Below are positions 1-12,888 of a DNA stretch of 64,000 nt, in pieces. Position 1 is the stretch's first letter. Each line of letters starts with the position of its first letter. Source of the stretch: Anthoceros angustus (Eukaryota > Plantae > Anthocerotophyta); the NCBI GenBank assembly GCA_010909165.1, contig MU008175.1:859370-923369 (forward strand), in the 5' to 3' direction. The notes under the pieces were generated by a model. The model was not told the origin of the DNA. It saw only the letters and a list, made by a program, of their open reading frames with translations, and ran no database searches. Both the position numbers and the translations under genes were made by a program.

Positions 1-382
1 AGGCTGGAGAGCCTTTTCCTTGTTTTTGGTCCAGTTCAGGGAAGTCTGCGCTAACCCGGGAGATCACCTGTCACAGGATTAAAGCTGCCTGTCCAGGCAA
101 GCTTGCCTCTTCTTCAAGATTTGGCTTCTCATAATCCAGGGAAGCTTTTTTTGGAGGCGGAATCGGGCTATTATCTGACTGCCGAGCCCGCAGGGAAGGA
201 CAGGCACGCACGCACGCACTCTCCTTGCCATCGTATCATCTCGCACAGCAGGAAGGAAGAGGGAGCTGTCATCAGGAGGGGAAGGGGAAAAGGAGGTAAG
301 GAGAACGGAGAAAGGGAAGGAAGGAAGGAAGCTGGCTGTACAGGTGCTGCCCCGCACCTGCATTTTCACAACCACCCTACAC

Positions 383-3300
383 ATGCCAATGGCCCAGTGC
401 CAAACAGAGGGTAAGAATCACACTGCCCCTGGATCTTTCGACCTGTACGCCGGCCTGTACACCACCAAGCTGCACAGCTACGGCGGAGTGACTGACAATC
501 TCGACCGATTTCAGGGCAGCGTCAAGTACAACAGCGAGGTGAGCAACTACGGCGTTGGGAAGGCTGGCAATGGCAGCTTTCTGAAGGACGACAACAGCTA
601 CAGGAGGGCGGTCCCGTATGCTGGCAACGCCACTGACGACAGTCTCAAGAGCAGGACTGATTCCAGCGGAAATCCCAATCCCAGCAAGCCAGCCGAGGTT
701 AGCATGACCGGGGCCAGTGTCAAGCCCACCACTGACACCAATTTCAAGGGGATGCCTGCTGCGCAGAACGCTAGCCAACAGTCTCTGGTAGGAGGGTTCC
801 AGAAGATGAGTTTCTCTACCAACGGGCCCGCTGGAGGGCTGGATAAATCCAGCTATGGCTACTCCAAAGGCTTCTACTCCAAGGATGCCACTGCAGAGGG
901 GGTACTGGCCCTGTGGGGCCGCCCTGAGGTGGAGATCCCCAAAGATGACAACTCTTGCTTTGTTGGACCTCTGTCCACTGGTGACAGATCCAGTCATTCC
1001 AGCGGTGAGCTCACATCCAGCGATGGCCACATTGGGCATGGAGGGAAGGACATGGACTCGGGGAGCTGGAGTGGTAGGAGCAGCTCGGGCAGTGTGAGGG
1101 GAGGGAGCCTGAAAGCTGGAGGGAGTCCCAGCGGTGACTCTCCAAAGGCTGGCAGCTCCAGTGCAGGGAGCTCCATCGGTGGCAGCCCCACTGTGGCCAG
1201 GCAATCCAGCAATGGAAACATCTTTGCCAACGGTGCTACCTCCTTCACGGGGCATGGCACTGCGGGTAGTCCGGGTCTGGCCAGTGCCAGGGGATCCAGT
1301 TCTAGCAGGGGAAGCTCCACGGAAGGAAGCCCCACCAACTCCAAGAATCTGGCCTTCGGCCTGCCCACCTCCAGAAGTCTGAATGAGGTGGGCACATCTG
1401 GTGGTGGTTTTGCAGCGCCCGCATTCCTGGGCAGAGCAGCCAGTGATCGCTCTGGAGAGCGCACCGCCACGGGTGTGCAAGCAGCAGCCACCACTCCTTC
1501 CAGGGACAGCATCTCGTATGGCAACATCCACATAAACAATGGCGGGGGGTTCAGATCTAGCGGGGATGGCAGTCCCAGTCTGGAGATTCACACGGGAGGG
1601 CCTCCTTTAAGCCGGAGCAGCCCGGTGGACAGCCCACAAGGCCCCAGGAAGAGCACTGGAGATCTGCCAGCGCCCATTGCTCCTGCTGCCAGGCATGTCA
1701 GGCAGCCGAGTTTGGGTGCGGGATTCTACGCAGCAGGCACCGCCACGGCCAACTCCCCCTCCTCCGATGGCAGTCCCGGCGGAGGTGCCCAAAAGGGAGG
1801 GACATCCGTACCACGCTACGCCACCACCAGCCACACCAGTCACACCGGCAACATCTCTCATGCTCGCAGCGATGGTGGGCTGTCTCATCTCCCTGGAGGC
1901 AACCCTCCTTCCAGAAGCAGCAGCGACGCAAGTTCCGTCGGGAGCGCGTCCCGGCACAGCAGTGAAGGAAGCCCGCACGGGCACAGGCACGCAGGGGTGT
2001 CGGCAGCTTCCCGAAGCAGCAGCGACGTGAGCTCCAACGGAAGCAGTCTGTCTGGCGGCATTTCCTCCAAGTACAGCCCAGAAGTGAGCTCTACGGGCAA
2101 CATTTACTCTGCAGGCCTGCCTGCTCCTCGTGCTGCCAAGGAGGTGAGCGCCAATGGCAACGTGTACTTGCGAGGCACCCCTCCTGCACGGGGTGGCACC
2201 GATGCCAGCACCACTGGGAACATCTATCCAGTGAAGATTCCTCAAGCCAAGAGTGGAAGTGGAGCTGAAGTCAGCCCCACTGGCAACATCCCTGCAGGAG
2301 GATTTCCTGCCTCTCGGCATGGCAGTGAAGTAGGTGCCAATGGCAACATGCAGTCAGGAAACTCAGCTGCCAAGCAACAGAATGGCCTGAGCTCCAACGC
2401 GTTCTGCTTTGGAGGTAACTTCTGCGGAGTTACCAAGACACCCAACGGAGTCATTCATAATGGAGTTGGTGCAGGGAGGATGGGCCCGAACCCTGCAACT
2501 CTGAACGGCAAGAGCCCGAATGGAACAGTGTTGAATTCTGGATTTGTCACTGGTGGGAGCTTTGCTACTGCTAAGCGAGAGTCCCCCCAGAATGGAGGCG
2601 TTCGCCCACCTGCAGACCCAGTGATGATCACCCGGGGCTTATCCATCACGGATCCTGAAGAACTCAAGAATCTGGGAAATGATTTTTACAAAAAGGGCCA
2701 GTTTGTGGAGGCTCTTCAACTTTACGACAAGGCTATTGTCTTGTGTCCTGATCGAGCCCCTTATCGGAGCAATAGAGCTGCTGCTCTGACAGGTCTGGGC
2801 AGGCTTGCCGAAGCAGAGCTGGAATGTAAGGAGGCCATCAGGCTTCATCCCTCGTACCCTCGAGCACACCAGAGACTCGGCTCCATTTACCTAAGGTATT
2901 GCCCGCTGGTTATGGTTTCTGTGGAATGCTGACATTATGAAAATTGCTCCATGCTTGGTACTCATGTCTGTTGTTGACAACAGATTGGGTAGAGTTGAGG
3001 ATTCCAAGTTGCATTTCAAGTACGCTGGACAACCAACAGAGCGGAGTGACATCCAGAAGATTGAAGACATTGACAAGCATCTGACCAAAAGTCTAGAGGC
3101 TAAAAGGGCCTTAGATTGGAGTACAGTGATCAAGGAGACTGATTTGGCTGTCGCAGCTGGTGCTGACTCAGCCCCTCAGGTATTGTGTCTTTCCTTTCAG
3201 TTCGTGGTGTTTTTCTTGTCTTCCCTGTACCATGGGCTTATCTGTGCTAATTCACCCGGCAGATCCTTGCACTGAGGGCGGAGGCCTTTCTCAAGCTGAA

Positions 3301-4669
3301 CAAATTGGATGAGGCAGATGCAGTCCTGAAAAATGCCCAGAGGCTGGAGGCCTCGCTGGGCAGTTCGTCGTATACCCCTGCAGACACGCACATTCTTGTT
3401 GTGCAAGCACAGATAGACATGGCTCTCGGCAGGTATGTTCTCTCAGATGGCTAGTGACGAGCTTTCTACAGACCTGTTTGAGCAGTGCATGGATTAGGAC
3501 TAGAATCTCTGGTGACACTGTTTTGAAACATATGATGCCATTTCATGATATCAGGTTTGAGGATGCAACAAAAGCCGCCGAGGACGCAGCCCACTTTGAT
3601 CCATACAATTTGGAGATTCTTGCGCTCTTGAAAAGGGCACGGGCTGTGGGAAGGGCCCGAACCAATGGGAATGATCTCTTCAAGGTTGGGAAGTACGCGG
3701 AGGCCTCTTCGGCATATGCCGAAGGACTGCGAATAGATCCTGCAAATGCTGTGCTGTTGTGCAACCGTGCAGCTTGCAGATCGAAGCTAGGCCACTGGGA
3801 GAAAGCGGTTGAGGACTGCAATGCAGCCCTGGATGCTCAGCCGCAGTATACTAAGGCACTCCTCAGACGAGCAAACTGTTATGCTAAGGTGCGTCTTTGG
3901 CCAGACCAGTGCATGTGGTGTTCTTTGTATTGCTTTTGGGTGCAAGGGTCTCACCTGGTGTTGTTTCACGCCCTGCTTGCAGCTGGAGCGCTGGGAAGAT
4001 TCTCGGAGAGATTTCGAAATCCTTTGCAAGAAGTGCCCTGGAGACGTGGAAGTTGCCAGGCAAATGTTCGAAGTTCAGGTTGCACTGAAAAAAGCCAGGG
4101 GTGAAGACACTTACAAGATGAAGTTCGGAGGGCAAGTGGTGGAAATTTTGACCAGTGAGCAGTTGCGAGATGCTGTCGCCTCTCCAGGTGTGTGCCATGC
4201 CTCCATCGTATTAATCTCGAGAAGTGGGCCGGATGCGTTGTGAACATGCTTGTTTCCCTTCCACACCTGCTAGTGGCGTGCTCTCTAACACGTGCAACCT
4301 GCCGTGCCCCACAGGCCTGGCAGTGGTGCATTTCAACAAACGTCGGAATGAGCGTTGCAGACAGCTGTCCATGACTCTCGACCAGCTCAGCAAAACATAT
4401 CCTGCAGTCAACTTCGTCAAGGTAAGCAGCTCAGAAGCAGCAGGCTAGGCAGTGTGAGATTGCTTGCGGGCAAGGGACTGACAGCGGAACATGTTTCGCA
4501 CGCGCAGGTTGATGTGGACGATCACATGTCCATTGCAGTCTCGGAGAGCATCACTTTTGTCCCGACCTTCAAACTCTACCGGAACGGCCTCAAGGTGCAT
4601 GAAATTCTGGGACCAAGCCAGCAGGTCCTGGAACAGGCAGTGAAGAACTTACAGCCGTCAGGAATATAA
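383..4669 (+). CDS. TTL: TPR-repeat thioredoxin-like protein (TTL family), 7 exons: ~383-2895, 2984-3179, 3263-3432, 3555-3888, 3983-4187, 4315-4421, 4508-4669
   Basis: Long Ser/Gly-rich N-terminus. Two TPR clusters (DPEELKNLGNDFYKKGQFVEALQLYDKAI...; RTNGNDLFKVGKYAEASSAYAEGL...LCNRAAC). C-terminal thioredoxin-like domain without WCxxC (NERCRQL...YPAVNFVKVDVD...VPTFKLYRNG). GT-AG introns read from the sequence. Confidence 0.93.
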
Positions 4670-5141
4670 GGATCTTAGCGTTAGGCACACATCGCTCGGG
4701 TTTATTTGTGTCAGCAAATAAATGACTGGAGATTGTCAGCATCGGCCCTGGCTATGGCCGTGGCCTAGACAGATTAGTCGCCTTGTCCCTTCTTCCCTTC
4801 CCTCCTTCCTTCCTCTCCCCCCTCACTAGCCCATAGCTACGGGCTATGCGTGATTCTTGTCAGCCTCATTGTCCGCTGACGCTCTCCGTCCTGGAGATAC
4901 ATTGGAATGTAGACATTTGTAGAGCTGTAAACAGATTACAGACATTGCAAAGTTGTATAAACGTGAGGGAACGCTGAATTTGCTCTACCGCGATTCATGA
5001 CCTAACTAGACCACCGCCTAGCACAGCACTGCATCATCAACAGGGTACGTCAATTGCTGCGGAGAGGAAAAACTCGGCTCGTGCGCAACGAATTATCTGA
5101 ACCGGGGAAGATGGAATCGTGAGTGATGCGCCGAGCGTTGA

Positions 5142-6071
5142 ATGGTCGGGCTGCCGATGGCGGCCGCCCCAGGGCATGCAGGAATTCGTGTGTTTGCGGC
5201 ACGAGGGAGATGGCAGGCGAGAGCGCAAGGGCATGGGCATGGTCAGGGTCAGGGTCAGGGAGGCTATGATCCGTCCGGCAGGCCGGGGGATCACTACCGG
5301 GTGCTGGGAGTGTCGCCGTCCGCTTCACCCCAGGACATCAAGACCGCGTTCAGGCAGCGGGCGCTGCAGTGCCATCCCGACGTGAGCAAGGAGGTGGGAG
5401 CTGGGGACAAGTTCAAGCACATCAGGCTGGCGTACGAGATTCTCAGCGACGAGGCCAAGAGGAGCGAGTATGACGATCAGCTGGTGGGAGGAGGCAGACG
5501 GCAACGGGCGCGGAAGGGGCGGGTGAGGAGGAGCGACCGGGGGCAGTACAGGAGGGTGGTGTACCAGGCTCCGGGTTGGAGCTATTATGCGGATGCAGGA
5601 GGACAGGGCAGGGAGGAGGAGCCTGGGGAGGACTTTTATTACCAGGAGAGAAAGAGCGGGGGTAGGAGCTCCGGGAGCAGCGACAGAAAGCAGGATTTTG
5701 ACACGGGCCATGTGCTGGTGGCGGGGGCCTGGGCAGTGGCTGTGGCTTGGCATGCTTTCGGGGCGCAGGTGGCTTCCACTTTGCTGGTGGCGGGGATGGC
5801 GCTCAGCAAGCAGGTGGCTGTTGGATACAGGATAGCCTCCGGTGTGGCCTTGCTGATAGGCGGTGAGACGGGGCTGTTGGTTGCTGTCTCTGCAGCGTTG
5901 GCAACTCTGCTGTTTGGGAAACCCCAAGGTACTGCTTTTGCTGTTGTCGCCATTGCCTTGTGGTTAGGAGGAAGTCTCATGCAGACCATGCCCTTGCCAC
6001 CAGGAGCTGTCTTGGTCACTGCCTACAAGTGCATTGAGCTGCAGTTCCAGCTTGAGGAGGCGAAGAGCTGA
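5142..6071 (+). CDS. DnaJ (J-domain) protein with hydrophobic C-terminal membrane segments, probably plastid-targeted; intronless
   Basis: DHYRVLGVSPSASPQDIKTAFRQRALQCHPDV...AYEILSDEAKRSEYD J-domain with intact HPD; Ala/Val/Leu-rich C-terminus. Confidence 0.88.
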   Translation: MVGLPMAAAPGHAGIRVFAARGRWQARAQGHGHGQGQGQGGYDPSGRPGDHYRVLGVSPSASPQDIKTAFRQRALQCHPDVSKEVGAGDKFKHIRLAYEILSDEAKRSEYDDQLVGGGRRQRARKGRVRRSDRGQYRRVVYQAPGWSYYADAGGQGREEEPGEDFYYQERKSGGRSSGSSDRKQDFDTGHVLVAGAWAVAVAWHAFGAQVASTLLVAGMALSKQVAVGYRIASGVALLIGGETGLLVAVSAALATLLFGKPQGTAFAVVAIALWLGGSLMQTMPLPPGAVLVTAYKCIELQFQLEEAKS

Positions 6072-6233
6072 GTTGAGGGTACTCTGAAGTTGGAAATTTG
6101 TACATGTGTATCATGGGACATTTGCTTGTAGTGAACAATCCAGTGCTGCGTATTTAAAGCAATGCTGGAGCACAGCTACAAGTGCAGGAGCTTCTGGGAA
6201 CAGGGATAATAGACTACCTATGGATGTCGAAAA

Positions 6234-8455
6234 TCAGTGTCTCCATTTCTTCTGGTGCCCTTCATCCATTGGCGGCTCGAGGAATCCTCTAAACTGCAAC
6301 CCGCCGAAGAAGATAGCGTGTGTTAATACATGCCGTACCTCTTGCCCGACAAATGTACGGATTCGTGATAGCAGTGGGTAACCTGTTTTCCATCGGCGGA
6401 CCAACGGGAGCCGTATCCCTCTGCAACTCGAATCTCAAAAGCAGGGAAAGCTGGAGGGAGGTGATGAATGTTGATCCAAGTAGCATGATTGATTATTCGA
6501 CACACCACCTTGAAAGCAAGCTCGTTCTTCATCGTCTCTGCGGTGCGAAGATGGATCTCAGCTCGATCAAAACAAGGTACTCAGCAGAGGTCCACCACTC
6601 CACTTACCTGCATGTTCCTGTGTTACCTTTCCCAGAGCAGATACCCCACCAACCACTGCTGCTCCGATGAGCATGTTTTGCCAAAGCTCTTGCTCCCACT
6701 GTCAGCCTACTCGTCGCAGCCTTGCAACCATCGGGCGAGGATGCTGTCTGTGACACGCTATTACTTCGAGTTAAGACACACGGACAGGGTGCGCTAAACT
6801 TGGCTCGGTATGTGAATGTGGCAAACGGGGTTGCCTAATCAGACCGGCAGTCTACACTTGCAACAGGCGGACCTCAGTATGGACTCTGGAAAGACGAGCT
6901 GAACTTACGTCATCATGGCACATTGATAGGAACGATGACAACAGTGTAGACCTTGCCGGTGGTAAACAGTCAACGAGGCTCCCCGGGGTCCATCTCAGTC
7001 CAAGTAGTGCTCTGATGCCTTCGACGTTTAGTTCCTGCAGCAGACACAATAGTTAGCTAGGGCAGAACCCAAGCTGCCCTGCCCTGCGCCCCCCCATCCA
7101 CAAAAGCAGTAGAACGCTGCAGGTTGAGACCTTACCGATAATAGCACTTGCATGACTTCGCTAGGCTGTTTGGAGACACAGGCCCTCTTCACATGAAATG
7201 CCAAGACACCGTGCTTCAGTTCGTGCTGCTCAGAATAAAATCTTCGGTACACCTGAACTCCTGGTGAATAAAACCAAGGGAAGGTTAAAGCAGAACTGGA
7301 AATGACGTGAAAGACATCAGGAGCAGTATACCGTACCCTCGTCCACAGATGACAGTTCAGGAAGGACTTGGTCGAGACTCTCCTCTGCCAGCATATCGCG
7401 GAATGTGGAAAACGATCTTACAGCTTTCACTTCAAGCAGGAGAGACTGGTTCATTAACAAGTAGTCCCTAACTTGAATACTGAAAGTCAAAACAGCACCA
7501 GAGAATGAATCACTCAACCCGAACACTAATGAGACAAGTATTCTGGCCAAAAACCACTACCAGAGCATACCGTGTGTAGAACCCCGACGCGCATCTCCCT
7601 TCCACTGTCTTCTTACCGGCTTCTCACACACAAAAACGTCAGACCAACGAGGATAGAGGTCCAGTTAAAAAGAGTGTCGCCCAGAAACACACCTTTGAGG
7701 AAAGAATAGTATGGTTCTTGGACATGCACTTCATATTTTGCTTTCTGCAGCAACTGTCCAGAGCACACTCTGTCACGCAATTGGACCTCATTGTCAAGCT
7801 TGTAGAAGAAGCTGATTCGCTAAAGCCCTGACAGTGCCCATTTGCACCACGCCCTCACCTCAAGCAACGTCGACCCCAGCTCCCCAACCCTCTGACTCCA
7901 CCCATCTATCTTCAACTTCCAAGAGACATCTTCAGCCAACCCCTTAAAGTCGGGCATGTTTCGAGGAAAACAGCCAGTCGATATCCACTCTTGCAAGGAA
8001 GCTGCCAGATGCCGGTAAAATGGGGAAATCGGCACCCCCTCCTTCACATGTCCATCAGAATCACCTGCGCAAGCCAGCACGTCAATCTGCAGGTGCGATT
8101 GAATAGCATCTATCGCCGGCTCCCAAAAGCAGACATTCAAGATCAACTCAGACCCCTGGACAAAAACCGCATCCGTAGCCGACGCAACCACTATGTCTGG
8201 ACACCCACCGTCAGCGCAACAACTGACGCATTCCCCAAAACCATAGGACTCCTCTGGCAAGCCACACGAAACCTGGGAAGCGTCGTCCTGCAAAAGGGAG
8301 GCACAGAATCCGGGAGGCAATCCCGACGAAGCAGGATTGGTCTGGAGCACATCCCTCAACAGGGTGGTGAGCATCGACAGAAAAACGGCACTGGAGGCAG
8401 CCACAACAGCTGGTTTCACGTCACCCTCCGCAACAGGCTCCTCCTCGCGCTCCAT
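6234..8455 (-). CDS. RNA-binding ASCH-domain protein (multi-exon) with a conserved C-terminal domain ending GFLEPPMDEGHQKKWRH
   Basis: Spliced exons give EVHVQEPYYSFLK / AGKKTVEGRCASGFYTR (ASCH GxKxxExR motif) / VKAVRSFSTFRDMLAEESLDQVLP / YRRFYSEQHELKHGVLAF. Later exons give LTVGARALAKHAHRSSSGWWG and FEIRVAEGYGSRWSADGKQ|FRGFLEPP; TGA at 6234-6236. Confidence 0.88.
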
Positions 8456-8751
8456 CGCCAAATTTCATCTGGGAACTTGGAGCCCTCCGTTCCAGCCATA
8501 GCCAAGAGCAGGTAATAAAAATTTAGGTCGTCGCATTCGGGGAAGTTGCTTGACATGGCCAACAGGCCATATGCTCGCGGTGACACGCTTCTTGAAAGCA
8601 CACTTGGTCTGTCTGCAGATTTTCGTCATCCCCTGATGTCGATATCCTGCTCCTCGCCACCTGATCCTCGAAAATCGATCTACTGCTGTCGCGAAGCTGG
8701 CATCCCTGCTTAGAATGCTGAATGGCGCAGTTTTTGGTATTCGCTGCAGCA

Positions 8752-9495
8752 ATGAAGGCTATGTTCGACTTCTTTGCACACAAGATTGAGGCAGGGGATT
8801 TGCGCGCAGGGGATCATATATACGCTTTCCGCAGCCTGATGATCTACTCCCACCAAGGTCTTGAGTAAACTTGTGTATGAGGCACAAGTGACGATCCACT
8901 CCGCGTCACAAGGCTTCTAAAATCACCTGCTGGCAGGCATATACGTGGGCATGCGCGATGGAGCACACTGGGTAGTTCATTTCGTTGGTGGGATTAAAAG
9001 CGACACGCCGCATGTACGTTGCCCACTCCCTGAAGATTGCCGGACAAATCGTCTACACAGGCGGGCCGGAGTAACAATCAACTGCCTTTCCTGCTTCCTC
9101 AATGGATCTGCGCTTCACCGCTACAAGTACGGCGCTTCCAGAGAGGAGTATCTCTTCAAGAGAGGAGGTAGGTGACCGCCGGATCGTAAAGCTCCGTCTC
9201 TTCTACCTTACAGTATGTGCCCTGACAAGCATGGAGAGGGCTGCAGCTTGCAAGCAAGCATTTCATAAAAGCGGGTGTAGCAGGAACTTGCACTCCAGAC
9301 ATGGCGGATGAGCCAGCCACGGTGGTTGCCAGGGCCCTGGACATGTTGGAAAGGAATGCGTTCGGGGTGTACGACCTTGTAGAGCGCAACTGCGAAACTT
9401 TTGCTCTATACTGCACCACTGGAAACATGAACAGCCAGAGCAGTCAGGTGCGGAAAAGGCACTTCGAGATTCCTGCACCAACGAATCCCACGTAG
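8752..9495 (+). CDS. LRAT / NC-domain (permuted NlpC/P60) protein, 3 exons: 8752-8857, 8937-9167, 9284-9495
   Basis: LRAGDHIY...YSHQGIYVG...VVHF; LHRYKYG; YDLVERNCETFALYCTTG (NCExF catalytic motif). Splice phases are consistent. Confidence 0.88.
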
Positions 9496-9596
9496 CCCGC
9501 AACAGCAGCTCCGGCAGCAGGGTTCCAGAATCCGAAGCTCATCAGCTGCATACGTACCATGATAACATCCCGGTAGTCTTCCTTCAACAGAGTACT

Positions 9597-11004
9597 TCAT
9601 CTGGCCACGAGGACAAGCAGAACGAAGTTCACTCTGAGCGAGTCCATGACCTTCACGGGATCACGTGCCAGAAGTTCGGCGTTGCGTTCAAACAGAAGCT
9701 CCGCTGTCTCCAGCCCGAAGTGCGCTTCCACCAACGAAAACCACAAGGCCCTGCTGAGATTATTGCATAGCTTTGCGCAAACCTTGCCGTCGGCACGTGC
9801 CTGGGCCATTACATCGTCCGGATACTGACTCACAGCATCCGACAGCTGCAGCACATGAACATCAAACGACCCGGGGCAGGCCTCCACAGCAGTCCTTACT
9901 TCTGCCAAACGTGGTGTGAGCACGGGCAGATTGAACCTGTCTGCCACATGCTCCTCCACGACGCCCTATCCACCGTTTTGTCTTATCAGATCACCATAGT
10001 TTCATACATCCTCAGCCACGGGTTTGAGAATTTTCATACCTCCGCAACAAGCTCGCGTACGGCTTGATCCATGGAGAGTGCAATAGGTGAGGGAGTCCGG
10101 CCATCTTCATACTTGTCGGGTGATGCGATGATTGTGGCGATCAGCAGGCCGCCTGCGTCCACCAGCTGTTACAGATCGATGCCAGTTCAAGAACGTGGTG
10201 ACGTACTGTACAAGCTAAGGAGCTAACCTGAAACAAGCTCTTCAGCCCGGGCTTTGAGGAATGATATCAGTTCTCCCACATGTTCCTTTGAATACGCTTC
10301 CCGAACGGCTGTGTTGAGGGACGGCTCATACCAGATATGTCCCTTGTTGTAAGCCGGAGACCTTTCATCCTCAACCTCTGGTGGAATCTGGAGGGAAACA
10401 ATGTTTACAAAACTGTGCTCAGCTGAAGAGCCAACTCACAGTACACCGGCAATGAATTCAACAGATGTACACATACCCGGGACATCCAGTGCAAGGACGT
10501 GAAGCAGGTGAAGGCGTGGATGCTCTTGGAAGGGAAAAGGCGGCCATAGAAGGATCCAGGCACGCCTGCTGCGAAATAGCGCCTTCCGTTCACATCTCCG
10601 CTGTCACTGTAAGGAGAAAAGCTGCGGAACAAGGTGTTGAAGTCATTTGAAGGCAAGTCATTGAAGAAAGCCTGGACCTGCTGCGGCAGAGGCTCCGACC
10701 GGGCCTGGAACAGCGCGGATAAGTTGGATATTGCCCTGTCCACTGCAATGAGAGTGTTTTGGCCAATAGCGCAGCCTAGGTCGGCAATTCGGAGAGCAGT
10801 GGAGCCCGAGACATCAGGGAGTCGAGGCAGCGTCTGAAAGGAGTCCCACAGCGCAGACTCCACGGAGTTGAGCATGTGAAGTGCCTGCCCGGCATTCTTG
10901 ACGAAACTCGCTTCGCCCTCCCCGCTTTGCATTCCAATCCGCAGCTGCTTAACGCCATTTTCCACTGCGGCGGCATCCACCGGAGGAGTGTTCTCCACAG
11001 CCAT
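9597..11004 (-). CDS. SABATH-family SAM-dependent carboxyl methyltransferase, 4 exons: 11004-10477, 10387-10228, 10152-10040, 9965-9597
   Basis: IADLGCAIGQNT, FFNDLPSNDFNTLF, GVPGSFYGRLFPSKSIH, SLHWMS, FLKARAEELVSGGLL, DRFNLP motifs. Confidence 0.92.
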
Positions 11005-11746
11005 CGAACAAAGAACGTGTGCTCACTGCAGACTACCAGCGCAGTTCAGGTGCAGACAACCCCCTTCAGACTTCTAATAGTTAGTGGCTGACATCACGCC
11101 ACGAACAGAATATATCTCACATGTACGGATCAAAAACAAGGTGTGGTCTGACCGTGGGCGGCTTTCACTGTGACCGAGCAACCAGTGCCACGAAGCACTG
11201 ACGACCGGGACGGTTACTGCCCTAAAGAGATGACTAGAGCCTACACCTCTAGCAAAGTACGGCCTGACGAAACCCCTGACGAATCCTATGGGACGAACCG
11301 ATATTTAGCTTAGCCCTGATTGGGATTCGTATATTATACACACTGGTTTCACATCAATGAAGAGGGATACGAAGTGATCCACTTTTTTACACATTTCAAC
11401 GGAAGTATTGAATGGAAGTACCTAGCTATCAGTCTGTATAGAGCAGATTCATAACTTCATAATTAATAGGTACAAATTCACGCGGTGCAAAGGTGAGGCG
11501 TTGCCACCTCACCGTCGACCGACCGGCTCAACACTACCCGGTCGCTCAACGACGAGGATTGGAAGCCACAAATTGAGGGACCAACGATAGTATACGTCTA
11601 ATTAAGCTTAGAGTGGTTGTGCGGCTTTAGGACAACCTCCCTTTAGAACACGGTGACCACAACTGGGTAAAGACTGAAGAAGAAGAAGAATTTATTTAAG
11701 TCCACTAAGGACGGATTTCCGTCATGGGACTCATCTCATAGATATA

Positions 11747-12279
11747 CAGTCGGCCCCCCCTAATTGGGAACTCTATAAATGGGATTCCTCTCTAAATAGG
11801 ACCTCCCATCCTACTCCCTTTAGTTTACAATGTAATAAACGGGACTTTTCCCCTAAATGATAATTGGGACCTTTTGAAACATACATTCATGTTAGTTTCA
11901 CCTCCCTAAATGGGATTTTTAATTTTTTTACTAAAATAAATAAAGAAAAAGGAATCGATTATTTCAGAGCACAATAGACTTTTAGGTGTGATTAAAGACT
12001 CTTAAGCTAAGCTTTTTCCTTTATGATAGGTAGAAATTTTTCGATGTTGCTTACAGAAAGTGCTAGCTTTCAAACAACTGTATAGAGAAGTGGTCAAAGT
12101 TATTTTTAGTGAAACCTATCAATCAAAATTTAATTTTTTCTTTTTTTGGATATTTTTAGTTTTTTAAATTTTATAATATTTTTATTATTATTAAATAGGA
12201 AAAATATAATCGGGACACCTCCCTTAATGGGACCTCTAAAGCCACTCCGAAACCAGTCCCAATAAGGGGGTGTGGACTG
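11747..12279. mobile_element. pogo/Tc1-mariner-type MITE (~530 bp)
   Basis: TA|CAGTCGGCCCCCCCTAATTGGGA ... GTCCCAATAAGGGGGTGTGGACTG|TA. TA TSD, imperfect TIR resembling the pogo element at 30.7 kb, AT-rich non-coding interior. Confidence 0.75.
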
Positions 12280-12888
12280 TATAGAGAGGTCATAATGGAA
12301 CTTAACTGCTATTCTGAGTTTGACCTAGAGGCCAGTGATATGAAGCAAAATCAAATATCCAGCAACTTGAGAAGTTGAATTTGGTTGGTCCTCATTTCCC
12401 ATATTTGTTTCTACAACTGGCACCTACGATTCTTTACAATTCAAGGTTCAAAATCTGAGATTTTGATCGGAGCACTGAATGGCAGCTCATTGCAAGTTGA
12501 ATCATTAAGTGCGTGCCTAAGCAATTCAAAATTTGAACAAAATAAGCGGTAAATCAGACTGCTCCACCCATAATCCCACCAGCTTAAATTAGCCCACTTC
12601 CATAAAGGTAAGCACATTCGAGCTGAAAAGGAGTAAGTTCTTTCCCTCCTCCAAGTTCGATCTATCAGTAAAGAATCGGGTCAGGCACACGTGTGATTAG
12701 GTTTGGGTTCTGTTTAGTTGTTGGGGAGAATCTGATTGTGTGAAGAGGCATCTCTAATACACAACAACTAGGCTAGAGTTAGGAGTGTCATTTCACAATA
12801 CGACATAAGCAAATAGTTTTGTTATTATCGATTATTAATGAGAGAGTCAAGTCATTGAATCCTCTCGTGTGTCTTCGCTCTTTCCACT

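Noticed and set aside
377-2320. Long antisense ORFs (404 aa and 237 aa) over TTL exon 1
   Set aside because: Shadow frames of a GC-rich coding exon; no recognisable domain.
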